From assembly GCA_023301795.1 (NCBI GenBank), contig JALZVU010000125.1, positions 9,052-73,051 on the forward strand: 64,000 nt of DNA, written 5' to 3'. Position numbers and translations under genes: made by a program. Below are positions 8,641 through 18,088 of this stretch, in pieces. A model generated the notes under the pieces. It did not search any database. It was not told the DNA's origin and saw only the letters and a program-made list of their open reading frames with translations. Positions within the stretch are counted from its first letter, which is position 1; each line of letters begins with the position of its first letter. The stretch comes from Granulosicoccus sp. (GTDB taxonomy: Bacteria; Pseudomonadota; Gammaproteobacteria; Granulosicoccales; Granulosicoccaceae).

Positions 8641-9332
8641 AAACCATAGAACGCTGTAAAAGAATCCAAGGGTTCCCTGTCTGTCACCGTATCGTTAACC
8701 GGACTGTCCAAATCGGGTAAGCCCAAGGCAACCCCACACACGACAAGCTCTTTCTCGGGCAATCCCAGATGCTGATGAACCACATCGGCATGGTTCGATA
8801 AAGCACCAATACCGCTGGTTCCATAGCCACGGCTCTGAGCACTGATAAACAGGCTCATGAGCGCCATGCCTAGATCCATAAAACAACCTTTTCCCATATC
8901 TCTATCTATGCTCACCACAATACCCACTGGCGCATCAAAGAACTGATAATTGCGTGCGAACTGCTCACGCCTGGCTTGCGTGTCACGCCTACCGATGCCT
9001 AAGGCTTTGTACAAAGCAAATCCGGCCGCATATTGCCGCGCTTTGAGCTCCTTTGAAAGCTCTTTGGGAAAGTAAGAATACTCAGTGACAGGCTTTCGAT
9101 TCTGTGCCAGTGCATCAGCCAGAGAACTTTTCAGTTCTGACAATGCCTTGCCAGTCAGAACATGAAACTTACCAGGTTGCAAATTGGCACCGCTAGGCGC
9201 ATTGCGAGCACACGCTAGAATAGCTTCGATTGCCTCTTGCTCAATTGCATCTGGCAAAAACGCTCTGATGGACCGACGCTGCTCCATCAGCTTCTCAAAC
9301 TCATTCGAATCGAAGCTTGCACGATCACTCAT
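8637..9332 (-). CDS. Nitroreductase-family flavoprotein
   Basis: 'RRSIRAFLPD...ARNAPSGANLQP' and 'FFDAPVGIVV' are typical of the NAD(P)H nitroreductase fold. The start lies 2 nt after the bioY stop. Confidence 0.8.
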   Translation of the reverse strand: MSDRASFDSNEFEKLMEQRRSIRAFLPDAIEQEAIEAILACARNAPSGANLQPGKFHVLTGKALSELKSSLADALAQNRKPVTEYSYFPKELSKELKARQYAAGFALYKALGIGRRDTQARREQFARNYQFFDAPVGIVVSIDRDMGKGCFMDLGMALMSLFISAQSRGYGTSGIGALSNHADVVHQHLGLPEKELVVCGVALGLPDLDSPVNDTVTDREPLDSFTAFYGF

Positions 9333-9334
9333 GC

Positions 9335-9883
9335 TTATGAGGCTCGTGATAAAACGCTTTGCGGTCGGGCTTTTAACAGAGCAGCAGTGACAAGCCCTGC
9401 TATGACCGCTTTAATAATGTCACCGGGAATATAGGCAACCACAAGGATCGCTGCTGATGGAATCGATTTATCCAAACCAAGCGCCAAGCCAACAATTCCA
9501 AAAATGTATAGCACGACAATACCACCGATGATAGAGGCAGTACTAGCAACAACAGTAATCGATGCGAAACGCACTTTCTCAACAATCAGACCTGTCACAA
9601 ATGCGGCTACAGGCCACCCGATTAAAAACCCGGCTGATGGACTCGCAAGCAAACCTATGCCGCTGCGCCCGCCGGATAACAACGGCAAACCAACAAACAC
9701 CAACGCTAGGAATAGCAACACCGCTAGTGCACCACGTTTTGATCCGAGCACAGTCCCACACAACATGACACCCAACGATTGTGCCGTTACCGGTACACCA
9801 CTGGCGAGCATGATCTGTGGTACATAACCAAGCGCCGCTATCAACGCTGCAAACAAAGCAATAAAAACAACATTCCGATCCAT
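9335..9883 (-). CDS. bioY: BioY-family ECF transporter S component (biotin-type)
   Basis: About six hydrophobic helices. 'TAQSLGVMLCGTVLGSKRGALAVLLFLALVFVGLPLLSGGRSG...SAGFLIGWP' matches BioY as I recall it. Confidence 0.8.
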   Translation of the reverse strand: MDRNVVFIALFAALIAALGYVPQIMLASGVPVTAQSLGVMLCGTVLGSKRGALAVLLFLALVFVGLPLLSGGRSGIGLLASPSAGFLIGWPVAAFVTGLIVEKVRFASITVVASTASIIGGIVVLYIFGIVGLALGLDKSIPSAAILVVAYIPGDIIKAVIAGLVTAALLKARPQSVLSRAS

Positions 9884-9894
9884 ACGTAAGGTCT

Positions 9895-10515
9895 CTACCT
9901 TTTTCTATCAGTTAACTGCAATGTGCCACCCCGTGCTTTCAACGCTTCGGCTACCTGTTCGGCATCATCGATTGCAACAAGAAACAGCGGAAAAACGATT
10001 CGCCAGTTGCCCTTTTTCACACTACGTGAACGCCATGCATCTCTCAGCGCACCTCCCTTAGCAATCAATACCGGTGTAAACCGCACAACCAGGGCAATGG
10101 CAATCTCAACCGGTCGTGTATTGACACCCAAAGCCTGAATTGGTTTGAGCACGCATTGAATCCATCCGAGCATGTCGCTGAGACGACTGGTCATGGTCAT
10201 CAGATTCGACAACGCAATGATAGTCACCAATCTCAGAGCAATCACCAGACCTTGGGCTGCAGTATCAGTTACACCATGCCAAACAAGAATTATCAACAAG
10301 ATCGGCCATAAAAAATATAACCGTTTGATACCCGCTTTAAAGAAAACGCGACCTGCTATCACATACAAACAACTGCAAATACTCAGTGCAAAGAGTTGCA
10401 CCTCTATTGAGTCAAAAATAAAAAGCAGCAATGAGGTGATACAAACAACTGCCAATTTAACGCCTATCGGCACTCTGTGCCAGGGCGTAATTACTGGAGA
10501 CTCAAATGAGAGCAT
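9895..10515 (-). CDS. bioN: ECF transporter transmembrane (T) component, BioN/CbiQ family
   Basis: Polytopic membrane protein lying between the ECF ATPase and bioY. Overlaps bioM by 14 nt. Confidence 0.7.
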   Translation of the reverse strand: MLSFESPVITPWHRVPIGVKLAVVCITSLLLFIFDSIEVQLFALSICSCLYVIAGRVFFKAGIKRLYFLWPILLIILVWHGVTDTAAQGLVIALRLVTIIALSNLMTMTSRLSDMLGWIQCVLKPIQALGVNTRPVEIAIALVVRFTPVLIAKGGALRDAWRSRSVKKGNWRIVFPLFLVAIDDAEQVAEALKARGGTLQLTDRKR

Positions 10516-11233
10516 CTGTAAGGCCTATCTGCTGCATACGCTTGATAAACGCAGGCAACACCATGTCAGGATTCCCATCCATCAGTATTTCGCCAGCCTC
10601 CAGCCAAAGAATGCGATCGTAGTTCACTAGCGTATCCGGCTGATGACTAATGTGGACGATGGTAGGTTCTATGTTCTCAAGGTGCTGAGTCAGATGCATG
10701 GTGGTTGGGATGTCCAGACCAGCATAAGGTTCGTCCAGAACGAGAAGTCGAGGCTTCATCAATAGCACAGCAATAAGACACACCAAGTGACGCTGCCCTT
10801 GTGAGAGCGTACTCACCGATTTTGCCGCCCAGTGCGCGACCCCAAATTGGGCAAGTGCAGCTAATGCCGCGCTATGAGCTTCCTGCTGAGCTAAACCAAT
10901 CTGTTCCAGACCAAAACCTATTTCTTCCTCTACTGTTGGAAAAATAATCTGATGGTCAGGATTTTGAAATAGTATCCCAACCGTCTTTATTGCTTCCCGT
11001 CGATCGTTTGCAACATCGACTCCAGCGACCCTTAAAGTTCCCATGCTTGGCGCAGTCAGCCCACACAGAAGCTTTGCAAGTGTCGACTTCCCGGAGCCAT
11101 TGCGACCAATGATGCCAATACGGTGTTCTTGCGTACTGAAAGTCAGGTTTTTTAGCAACGTTGCCCCATCAATAGCAAAACATACATCAGTCAGGGCAAT
11201 CGGGCAGGCGAGTCGTTCCATTGCTGATGTCAT
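10502..11233 (-). CDS. bioM: ECF transporter ATPase (BioM/CbiO-type ABC ATP-binding protein)
   Basis: Walker A 'GRNGSGKST', signature 'LSQGQRH', Walker B 'LLVLDEP'. Confidence 0.85.
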   Translation of the reverse strand: MTSAMERLACPIALTDVCFAIDGATLLKNLTFSTQEHRIGIIGRNGSGKSTLAKLLCGLTAPSMGTLRVAGVDVANDRREAIKTVGILFQNPDHQIIFPTVEEEIGFGLEQIGLAQQEAHSAALAALAQFGVAHWAAKSVSTLSQGQRHLVCLIAVLLMKPRLLVLDEPYAGLDIPTTMHLTQHLENIEPTIVHISHQPDTLVNYDRILWLEAGEILMDGNPDMVLPAFIKRMQQIGLTDALI

Positions 11234-11284
11234 AGCGCATGCATGGTAGCAGAAACAATTTTACTGTTGCTTAAATAGCTATGG

Positions 11285-11587
11285 CTACTCAAGCACATGT
11301 ATTACCCGATCAGCGATCAAGTGCCCTACCTGGCTGCCGTACTCAGCCATATGACTAGAAGCTGAATGCGCGTTCAATGCACTCAAGCTGGCCCATTTTT
11401 CCACAACTACAAAGGTATCAGGCCCTACGCTTGTCTGTATGGCTCCCGCATCGTGAGCATCAGTGACAGGCACATATTCTATACAGCCAGCCTCAGCATG
11501 GACTTTAGGCACAACGGTAGCGAACGCCTCGAGCACTTCAGCGCGCTTGCCAGTCTGGGTGGTGATTATTGCAATGACGTGAATCAT
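11285..11587 (-). CDS. ABM-domain (antibiotic biosynthesis monooxygenase-like) protein
   Basis: 100 aa. 'IHVIAIITTQTGKR...CIEY...VVVEKWASLSALNAHSASSHM' follows the ferredoxin-like ABM pattern. Confidence 0.7.
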   Translation of the reverse strand: MIHVIAIITTQTGKRAEVLEAFATVVPKVHAEAGCIEYVPVTDAHDAGAIQTSVGPDTFVVVEKWASLSALNAHSASSHMAEYGSQVGHLIADRVIHVLE

Positions 11588-11654
11588 GGTTTTTATCTGG
11601 TGTTAAAGGTGTAGTTTTAGATCGCTGCTAGTAGCATAGTTCGCGATCAAGATT

Positions 11655-12110
11655 TCAAATTGGAAGTAGCGACGTGTTTTTTATTTCACTCAACGCAAAT
11701 GATGAATTCATCTGTCCCACACACGGCAAACTTAGCAAGTCGTTTTTCATTAATTGCTCATAGGCTTTTACTGAACTGGTCACCACTCTGAGCATGTAGT
11801 CCTGCTCACCTGACATGGTGTAGCACTGCAGGATATTAGGATGGGCACGGGCACTCTGCTCGAAGGCCTCCATACTAGCCTTGTCGTGATGAGTAAGCTG
11901 GATAAAGCAAAACACCGTAATGTGTAGACCTAACACGTCAGCATCCAGCACCACATTACGCCCTACAACAGCACCTGCCGATTCCAGCTTCTTTAAACGT
12001 CGCCAGCAGGGGGTGTGGCTCAACCCGATTCTCACACCCAGCTCTGCGACACTAAGTGTGGGCTCAGCCTGCAAGGCACGTAAAAGCTTCAGATCGATGG
12101 GATCAATCAT
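11655..12110 (-). CDS. Lrp/AsnC-family transcriptional regulator
   Basis: N-terminal HTH ('DLKLLRALQAEPTLSVAELGVRIGLSHTPCWRRLKKLE') plus a C-terminal RAM-like domain. Divergent from the IOR gene. Confidence 0.9.
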   Translation of the reverse strand: MIDPIDLKLLRALQAEPTLSVAELGVRIGLSHTPCWRRLKKLESAGAVVGRNVVLDADVLGLHITVFCFIQLTHHDKASMEAFEQSARAHPNILQCYTMSGEQDYMLRVVTSSVKAYEQLMKNDLLSLPCVGQMNSSFALSEIKNTSLLPI

Positions 12111-12113
12111 AAA

Positions 12114-12153
12114 TTTAGGACAATATAACTAAATAAATAACAAAATTAGGACA
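12114..12153. promoter_or_regulatory. Two direct WTTAGGACA boxes in the Lrp/IOR divergent promoter region
   Basis: 'tttaggaca' at 12114-12122 and 'attaggaca' at 12145-12153, 31 bp apart, in an AT-rich spacer. Confidence 0.35.
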
Positions 12154-12252
12154 TCTATCCTAACATTAGCTGCATCAACAAAACATAAACAATAGCTTGT
12201 CCTCCCGCATTAGGTGCAAACTGTATGCAAACCACAAACAGGAATAGTGACT

Positions 12253-15200
12253 ATGGGCAAGTCGCACAGCCTAGATGACAAGTACACGGCGGAAACCGGC
12301 AGTGTGTTCATGACGGGAACACAGGCGCTGGTTCGTCTTCCCATGGCCCAGATGCGTCGTGATCGCACGCAAGGGTTGAACACAGCAGCATTCGTTACCG
12401 GCTACCGTGGCTCTCCACTGGGCGCCTATGACCAACAGCTAGAACGAGCTCAAAAACATCTGAGTGCATTGGATGTGCGCTTCCAACCGGGCATCAACGA
12501 AGACATGGCCGCAACCGCTATCTGGGGTTCGCAGCAGGTATCCTTGTCTGAACAAGCTAATCGCCAGGGTGTGGTGGGTTATTGGTATGGCAAGGGCCCT
12601 GGGGTTGACCGATGTGGGGATGTGTTCAAACACGGCAATGCTGCCGGTTCATCCACACACGGAGGTGTGCTTTGCTTTGCCGGAGACGACCACGCGGCAA
12701 AGTCATCAACGTTACCGCATCAGTCTGACCATGCTTTCATGTCAGCCGTCATGCCGGTGCTCTACCCCTCCTCTATTCAGGAATTTATCGATGTTGGCTT
12801 GTTTGGCATTGCCATGTCGCGCTACTCGGGATTATGGGTAGGCTACAAGGTCATATCGGATACGATTGAGACGAGCGCTGTTGTTGAATTGGGTGATGAA
12901 CTCAAGCCTTTTGTGCTGCCAGAAGACTACGAGTTACCGCACGGCGGACTAAATCTCAGATGGCCAGACCCACCACTGGTTCAAGATGATCGATTGCAGG
13001 AACACAAAGCCTACGCCGCATTAGCCTTTGCGCGGGCTAACAAAATCGATCAAACCGTACTGGATGTTCCACAGGCTCGGTTTGGCATCGTGGCCACTGG
13101 CAAGGCGTTTGAAGATGTCCGGCAAGCTCTGGCTGAGCTGGGAGTGGACGACGAGGCTGCAAAAAAAATAGGGTTGCGACTCTACAAAGTGCGCATGCCC
13201 TGGCCACTGGAGCCATCCGGCATACGCGCATTCTCAGAAGGCCTTGAAGAAGTTCTGATTATTGAAGAGCGTCGGGAAATCATAGAGCATCAGATCAAAC
13301 AGCAATTGTTTAACTGGCGTGCCGACGTTCGACCACGCATAGTGGGTAAATTTGATGAAACCGACAAACCCTTCCTGCCTCTATCAGCTGCGCTTTCGAC
13401 GTCACGCGTAGCGCGTGCAATCGCCACCCGACTATTGAAACTACCCTTCGACGAAACACTGAAACAGCATATTCAGAAACGTCTCACGTACTTGCAAAAA
13501 CGTGCAGACGAAAAAGCATCACATATTGCACCCATAGAGAGGCAACCGTGGTTCTGCTCGGGCTGTCCGCATAATTCATCCACCAAGGTGCCTGAAGGCT
13601 CCAAGGCCATGGCAGGCATCGGCTGTCACTATATGGTGCAATGGATGGATCGCGACACAGACACCTTCACACAGATGGGTGGTGAAGGCGTTCCCTGGAC
13701 CAGCATTAGCCACTACACCGATGAGAAGCATCGCTTTGTCAATCTGGGAGATGGTACTTACTTTCACTCAGGACTTCTGGCTATTCGTGCATCCGTGGCA
13801 GCTGGAGTCAATATCACCTACAAGGTACTGTATAACGATGCGGTAGCCATGACCGGCGGCCAAACAGTGGACGGAGAGCTATCGGCTGAAAAGATTGCTC
13901 ATCAACTTCATGCAGAAGGCGTAGCTCCTCTATACCTTGTGAGTGACGAGCCTGAGCTCTACTCAAAAGAGACACTGCCACCAGGAACTCATATCAAGCA
14001 TCGGGATGAGCTTGACTCCGTGCAAAGACAGCTCAGAGAGTTATCCGGTTGCAACGCTATTGTCTATGCACAAACCTGCGCTGCTGAAAAACGCAGACGT
14101 CGCAAACGCGGACTTATGCCTGATCCATTAAAGCGCGTGATAATCAACAGTGCCGTGTGCGAAGGGTGCGGTGATTGTTCCATCCAGTCTAATTGCGTAT
14201 CCATTGAGCCACTGGACACTCCTATGGGACGTAAGCGACAGATCAACCAGTCGTCATGCAATAAGGATTTCTCTTGCGTACAAGGCTTTTGTCCTTCGTT
14301 TGTAACCGTGGAGGGCGCTCAGTTGCGTAAGCGTGTAGTGCCGGCTCAGGACATCACGCAAGAGCGCTTACCACACCCTACTCTTCCAGTACTAGGTGAC
14401 ACATCCTGGAACATTGCCGTGACCGGCGTGGGTGGTACCGGTGTACTAACTATTGGTGCGTTATTGGGCATGGCTGCTCACGTTGATGGCCAGGCTTCCA
14501 TTATTCTGGACATGGCAGGGCTAGCACAAAAAGGCGGTGCAGTACTCAGTCATGTTCGACTAGCACGCACCACATCAATGATCACCAGCCCACATATAGT
14601 TGCTGGCAGCGCTGATCTGTTGATTGCTGCCGATGCGGTGGTTGCAGCATCACGCGACGGTATTGTGCTGTGTGATTCATCACGAACGTCGGCTATCGTC
14701 AATACAACGACAGCACCCGTGGCAAGCTTTGTTCGTCATCGTGACATTGACTTCAAATACAGCGCCGTAGAGGCTCGCATTGCCCAGTCAGTAGAGGGTA
14801 GCACCCACTTTCATGCATTTGCAAAAGCTGCAGAGCACAAGATGGGCGATACCATCGCCACCAATATAATGATGCTTGGCTATGCTTGGCAGAGTGGCTT
14901 ACTGCCTTTAAGCTTTAACGCACTCGATACCGCCATTGCACTGAACGGCGTATCGGTGGATGCGAACAGACTTGCCTTTCACTGGGGTAGAAAACTCAGG
15001 CTTGACGCTAGCCAGTTTTCTGCCAAGAATGTGCAAGCGGAAGATGGATTATCACCTAGCAAAAGCGGTTCACAGTTAGCGGCGCCCCCAGACTCACTGG
15101 ACGGATTAATAAAGCATCGAAGCACCCACCTTGAACGCTATCAGAACAGAGCACTTGCTGAGAAGTATCAACAACGTGTTGCGCAATTCCGACAGCGCTG

Positions 15201-15750
15201 CAAACTGTCAACTGTAGACGACGCACTGGTGCGCACAGTTGCCAGTGAATATGCTCGACTACTCGCTTATAAAGACGAATATGAAGTTGCCCGATTGTAT
15301 TCCCTTCCAGCATTCCGCCAGCAACTGGACGAGACATTTGATGGAGGTTACACCTTCAAAATACACCTGGCCCCACCCCTGTTGAGTCAGCCGGGACCCA
15401 ATGGACGCCCCCGTAAGCGGGCATTCAGCGCCAGAATCCTCACACTGTTTCGCCTACTACAACATGGCAAGCGATTGCGCGGCACACCGCTGGATGTATT
15501 TGGTTATACAGCCGAACGGCGCACAGAACGTGAATGGATTAAACGCTACGAAGGGGACGTGGACTTGGTTGAATCGCTGTTGACAGAAAACAATGCTGAA
15601 GCGTGCCTGGCCCTGCTACAGGTGCCTGCACAAATCCGCGGTTTCGGAATTGTAAAGCACGAGGCCATGGTTGAGGCCGAAGCGGTCAGAGACCTTGCAT
15701 TGAAAACACTTAGAAATGCGGGGGCTATGGAGCGTCAGGTAGCCGCATAA
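12253..15750 (+). CDS. Indolepyruvate:ferredoxin oxidoreductase family protein (fused IorA/IorB type)
   Basis: About 1165 aa. 'GYRGSPLG' and 'GKGPGVDR' (TPP enzyme N-terminal part), a Cys cluster 'CEGCGDCSIQSNC...C...C', and a C-terminal 'GVGGTGV' domain. ATG 12253 is preferred over the upstream TTG/GTG-type start at 12214. Confidence 0.85.
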   Translation: MGKSHSLDDKYTAETGSVFMTGTQALVRLPMAQMRRDRTQGLNTAAFVTGYRGSPLGAYDQQLERAQKHLSALDVRFQPGINEDMAATAIWGSQQVSLSEQANRQGVVGYWYGKGPGVDRCGDVFKHGNAAGSSTHGGVLCFAGDDHAAKSSTLPHQSDHAFMSAVMPVLYPSSIQEFIDVGLFGIAMSRYSGLWVGYKVISDTIETSAVVELGDELKPFVLPEDYELPHGGLNLRWPDPPLVQDDRLQEHKAYAALAFARANKIDQTVLDVPQARFGIVATGKAFEDVRQALAELGVDDEAAKKIGLRLYKVRMPWPLEPSGIRAFSEGLEEVLIIEERREIIEHQIKQQLFNWRADVRPRIVGKFDETDKPFLPLSAALSTSRVARAIATRLLKLPFDETLKQHIQKRLTYLQKRADEKASHIAPIERQPWFCSGCPHNSSTKVPEGSKAMAGIGCHYMVQWMDRDTDTFTQMGGEGVPWTSISHYTDEKHRFVNLGDGTYFHSGLLAIRASVAAGVNITYKVLYNDAVAMTGGQTVDGELSAEKIAHQLHAEGVAPLYLVSDEPELYSKETLPPGTHIKHRDELDSVQRQLRELSGCNAIVYAQTCAAEKRRRRKRGLMPDPLKRVIINSAVCEGCGDCSIQSNCVSIEPLDTPMGRKRQINQSSCNKDFSCVQGFCPSFVTVEGAQLRKRVVPAQDITQERLPHPTLPVLGDTSWNIAVTGVGGTGVLTIGALLGMAAHVDGQASIILDMAGLAQKGGAVLSHVRLARTTSMITSPHIVAGSADLLIAADAVVAASRDGIVLCDSSRTSAIVNTTTAPVASFVRHRDIDFKYSAVEARIAQSVEGSTHFHAFAKAAEHKMGDTIATNIMMLGYAWQSGLLPLSFNALDTAIALNGVSVDANRLAFHWGRKLRLDASQFSAKNVQAEDGLSPSKSGSQLAAPPDSLDGLIKHRSTHLERYQNRALAEKYQQRVAQFRQRCKLSTVDDALVRTVASEYARLLAYKDEYEVARLYSLPAFRQQLDETFDGGYTFKIHLAPPLLSQPGPNGRPRKRAFSARILTLFRLLQHGKRLRGTPLDVFGYTAERRTEREWIKRYEGDVDLVESLLTENNAEACLALLQVPAQIRGFGIVKHEAMVEAEAVRDLALKTLRNAGAMERQVAA

Positions 15751-15870
15751 ACGAGCATTGTTTATAACCGAAAGACCGGCTGTAGTCGTGAGCCGGTTAG
15801 TTCTGTGCAAGTAGAAGGCTGGGTTGCGACAGTCTTCTCCTTACTACTGACAGGCGGTATATGGCTGGAG

Positions 15871-15915
15871 CTATTACTGCTATTACTGCTATTACTGCTA
15901 TTACTGCTATTACTG
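15871..15915. repeat. Perfect 9-bp tandem repeat (CTATTACTG)x5 between convergent genes
   Basis: Read directly: five exact copies. The small ORFs here (poly-L / AVI repeats) are artefacts of the repeat. Confidence 0.95.
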
Positions 15916-15941
15916 CAAAAATCTTATCTGATAGATAACTC

Positions 15942-16775
15942 TCATTGCCTGACAGATCGCAGTCTTTTTCCTGACAAGACACTCTCGCCCTTTGGGTAGT
16001 TGGTTCTTACCGGGTTGATGTCTAGCCCTCCACGCCGTGTGTATCGTGCGTAGACCGTGAGATTGTCAGGCTTACAATAGTGGTTGATGTCGCAGTACAG
16101 TCGTTCCACACTGTTCTCATGAAAATCCTGATGTTGCCTGAAAGAAATAATGTATTGCAACAAGGATGAATGATCAATCGCCCGGCCGCTGTACTCGATA
16201 TACACCGTCGCCCAGTCAGGCTGGTCGGTTACTGGGCAATTGGTTTTTAACAGGTGGCTAAATACTACCTCATTCACCTCATTGTCAGAAGCTACAACCA
16301 ACAATTCAGGTTCCGGCTCATAGTGGCAAACAGCCACATCCAGATCATCCAGATAAATTCCGACTGGCTTGCTGACAAAATGATCATTAGCCAATTGCAT
16401 CGGTAGCAAGCTTACTGAGAAGGTACTTTTTGCTACCGCTGAAAGATCGGTAACCAACAATGTCTCAACGTCGCTATCAGAGGCAAATCGGGTTTGATTA
16501 AACGAATTCAAATACAGCTTGAATGACTTGGATTCAACAATGAATTCTGACTTACAATCCAGTGTAAATTCAGCGATCCTTACCTGCGGCTTGCCGTTGT
16601 TATCTAACCATGACACCTCATACGCTGTCCATCGGTCTTCACCTCGAAACGGTAGGACATCGCCCAGCAGCGTAAGCTGCTCACGAGACTGGCTACGCGG
16701 AATTGGAAATAGCAAACTCGAATCATACTGATCGGGATATTTAGTGTGGAGACCTAGAGGGTTTTCATCTTTCAT
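15942..16775 (-). CDS. queF: NADPH-dependent 7-cyano-7-deazaguanine (preQ0) reductase, two-domain type
   Basis: 'YPDQYDSSLLFPIPR', 'ESKSFKLYLNSF', 'NCPVTDQPDWATVYIEY', 'FHEN'. The C-terminus 'RRGGLDINP...RSVRQ' parallels E. coli QueF. Confidence 0.9.
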   Translation of the reverse strand: MKDENPLGLHTKYPDQYDSSLLFPIPRSQSREQLTLLGDVLPFRGEDRWTAYEVSWLDNNGKPQVRIAEFTLDCKSEFIVESKSFKLYLNSFNQTRFASDSDVETLLVTDLSAVAKSTFSVSLLPMQLANDHFVSKPVGIYLDDLDVAVCHYEPEPELLVVASDNEVNEVVFSHLLKTNCPVTDQPDWATVYIEYSGRAIDHSSLLQYIISFRQHQDFHENSVERLYCDINHYCKPDNLTVYARYTRRGGLDINPVRTNYPKGESVLSGKRLRSVRQ

Positions 16776-16923
16776 CGTGGTTTGTTTTATTCAATACTGG
16801 CTCTGCAGCTTGCAGCAGTGAGCATTGTACTCTGTCTTATGAATGTTCGAAAACAAGATTTACATCAGGCATCCATCAGCCAAGGAATTCCAATGCATAG
16901 CAAACTGTGCGAACACAATATAT

Positions 16924-17835
16924 CTAAGAGTATTTGGCTAACGCCTCTTCCGTTGGCGCAAGATAGGCACGCCCGAACTTAATGGCGTGAACAATCAGTG
17001 GTGCTAATTGGTGCAATGCGATACGTTCTTCCCAGCCAGAATCGAGTGGCAAAGCTTCTTGATAAGCATCGAAGCAAGCACGGTCATAACCACCAAACAA
17101 ACGCATCATGGCAAGGTCAAATTCACGATGCCCGCCATGGCTGGCAGGATCAATAATCCAGCTATCGCCGTTGGTATCCACCAGCCTGTTACCAGCCCAT
17201 AGATCACCGTGTAAACGAGACGGCTTTGCTGATGAGGATTCCCATTGCTCAAGACGAGCTGCCAACGATTCAATAGCTGTGATGACACCGGCGCCCAATG
17301 CTTGTCGATCAAATGCTATTCGAGCCAATGGCAATAATCGTTGAGTTGCATAGAATTCGGACCACCTCTCACAAGGCTTGTTGGGTAATCCCAAACTTCC
17401 TGTTGATCTTTTATCCTCTCGTCCAAACGAGTTACATGTCGCTTGATGTAATGCTGCTAGCTGCCGGCCGAATACCCTCTCGCCCTGCTCCGACGCCTGA
17501 CGTTGCCTGGATTCTTCAATCCACTCAATGGCCAGATAAGGCGCATCATCACTGACACCAATTACCTCAGGAACACGCACCGAGTTCGTTTCTGCAAGCC
17601 ACTTCAACCCCAACGCTTCAGTGGAGAAATGATTTGGCGGCGGGTTGGTATGGGTTTTAATAAATAGCGGTGTACCAGCAAGATAGGCAACATGGCTGTC
17701 TGGAGTTTCAGATACTACCGTCATGGTTGCAAAATAGCTTTTCGCAAAGTCGCCACCGCTCAAAGAGCGCAGTTTGTCCAGGCCGACACCCAAATCCGCC
17801 TCTGCCATTGATTTCCAAGATGCATCGATCGTCAT
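16924..17835 (-). CDS. Fructosamine/ketosamine-3-kinase family protein
   Basis: 'SGGDFAKSY', 'PSRLHGDLWAGN', 'IDPASHGGHREFDLAM' (aminoglycoside-kinase-like fold, fructosamine kinase family). Confidence 0.85.
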   Translation of the reverse strand: MTIDASWKSMAEADLGVGLDKLRSLSGGDFAKSYFATMTVVSETPDSHVAYLAGTPLFIKTHTNPPPNHFSTEALGLKWLAETNSVRVPEVIGVSDDAPYLAIEWIEESRQRQASEQGERVFGRQLAALHQATCNSFGREDKRSTGSLGLPNKPCERWSEFYATQRLLPLARIAFDRQALGAGVITAIESLAARLEQWESSSAKPSRLHGDLWAGNRLVDTNGDSWIIDPASHGGHREFDLAMMRLFGGYDRACFDAYQEALPLDSGWEERIALHQLAPLIVHAIKFGRAYLAPTEEALAKYS

Positions 17836-18088
17836 GTTTTTGATTTACTCGCTAGTATCTTTCGCTGTCTCAATAGAACTCACGATACATCATTATGTGC
17901 TTACATCTCGTACGTCATGAGCAAACCAATGAGGATGTCTGCCAGTAGGTCGAAATCACATGTTTTCTCAGAAAGACAGACAACTTGCTCGATAGGAGAA
18001 GTTCTCCGAGCGTGTCATAAAACAGCGTTATGATGAGCTTCTGCAAACCCACTAGTCTGATGATAATCAATACAGGAACCAGACAAGC

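Noticed and set aside
10172-10630. 152-aa ORF antisense to bioN/bioM
   Set aside because: It is embedded opposite the tightly overlapping ECF genes and has no motifs. It is a typical shadow ORF.
15797-15999. Two ORFs (61 and 64 aa) encoding AVIAVIAVI... and poly-Leu, and the possibility that the 9-bp repeat is a CRISPR-like array
   Set aside because: Both ORFs are simply translations of the (CTATTACTG)5 repeat on the two strands. The repeats are contiguous 9-mers with no spacers, so this is a microsatellite/VNTR and not a CRISPR array or a gene.
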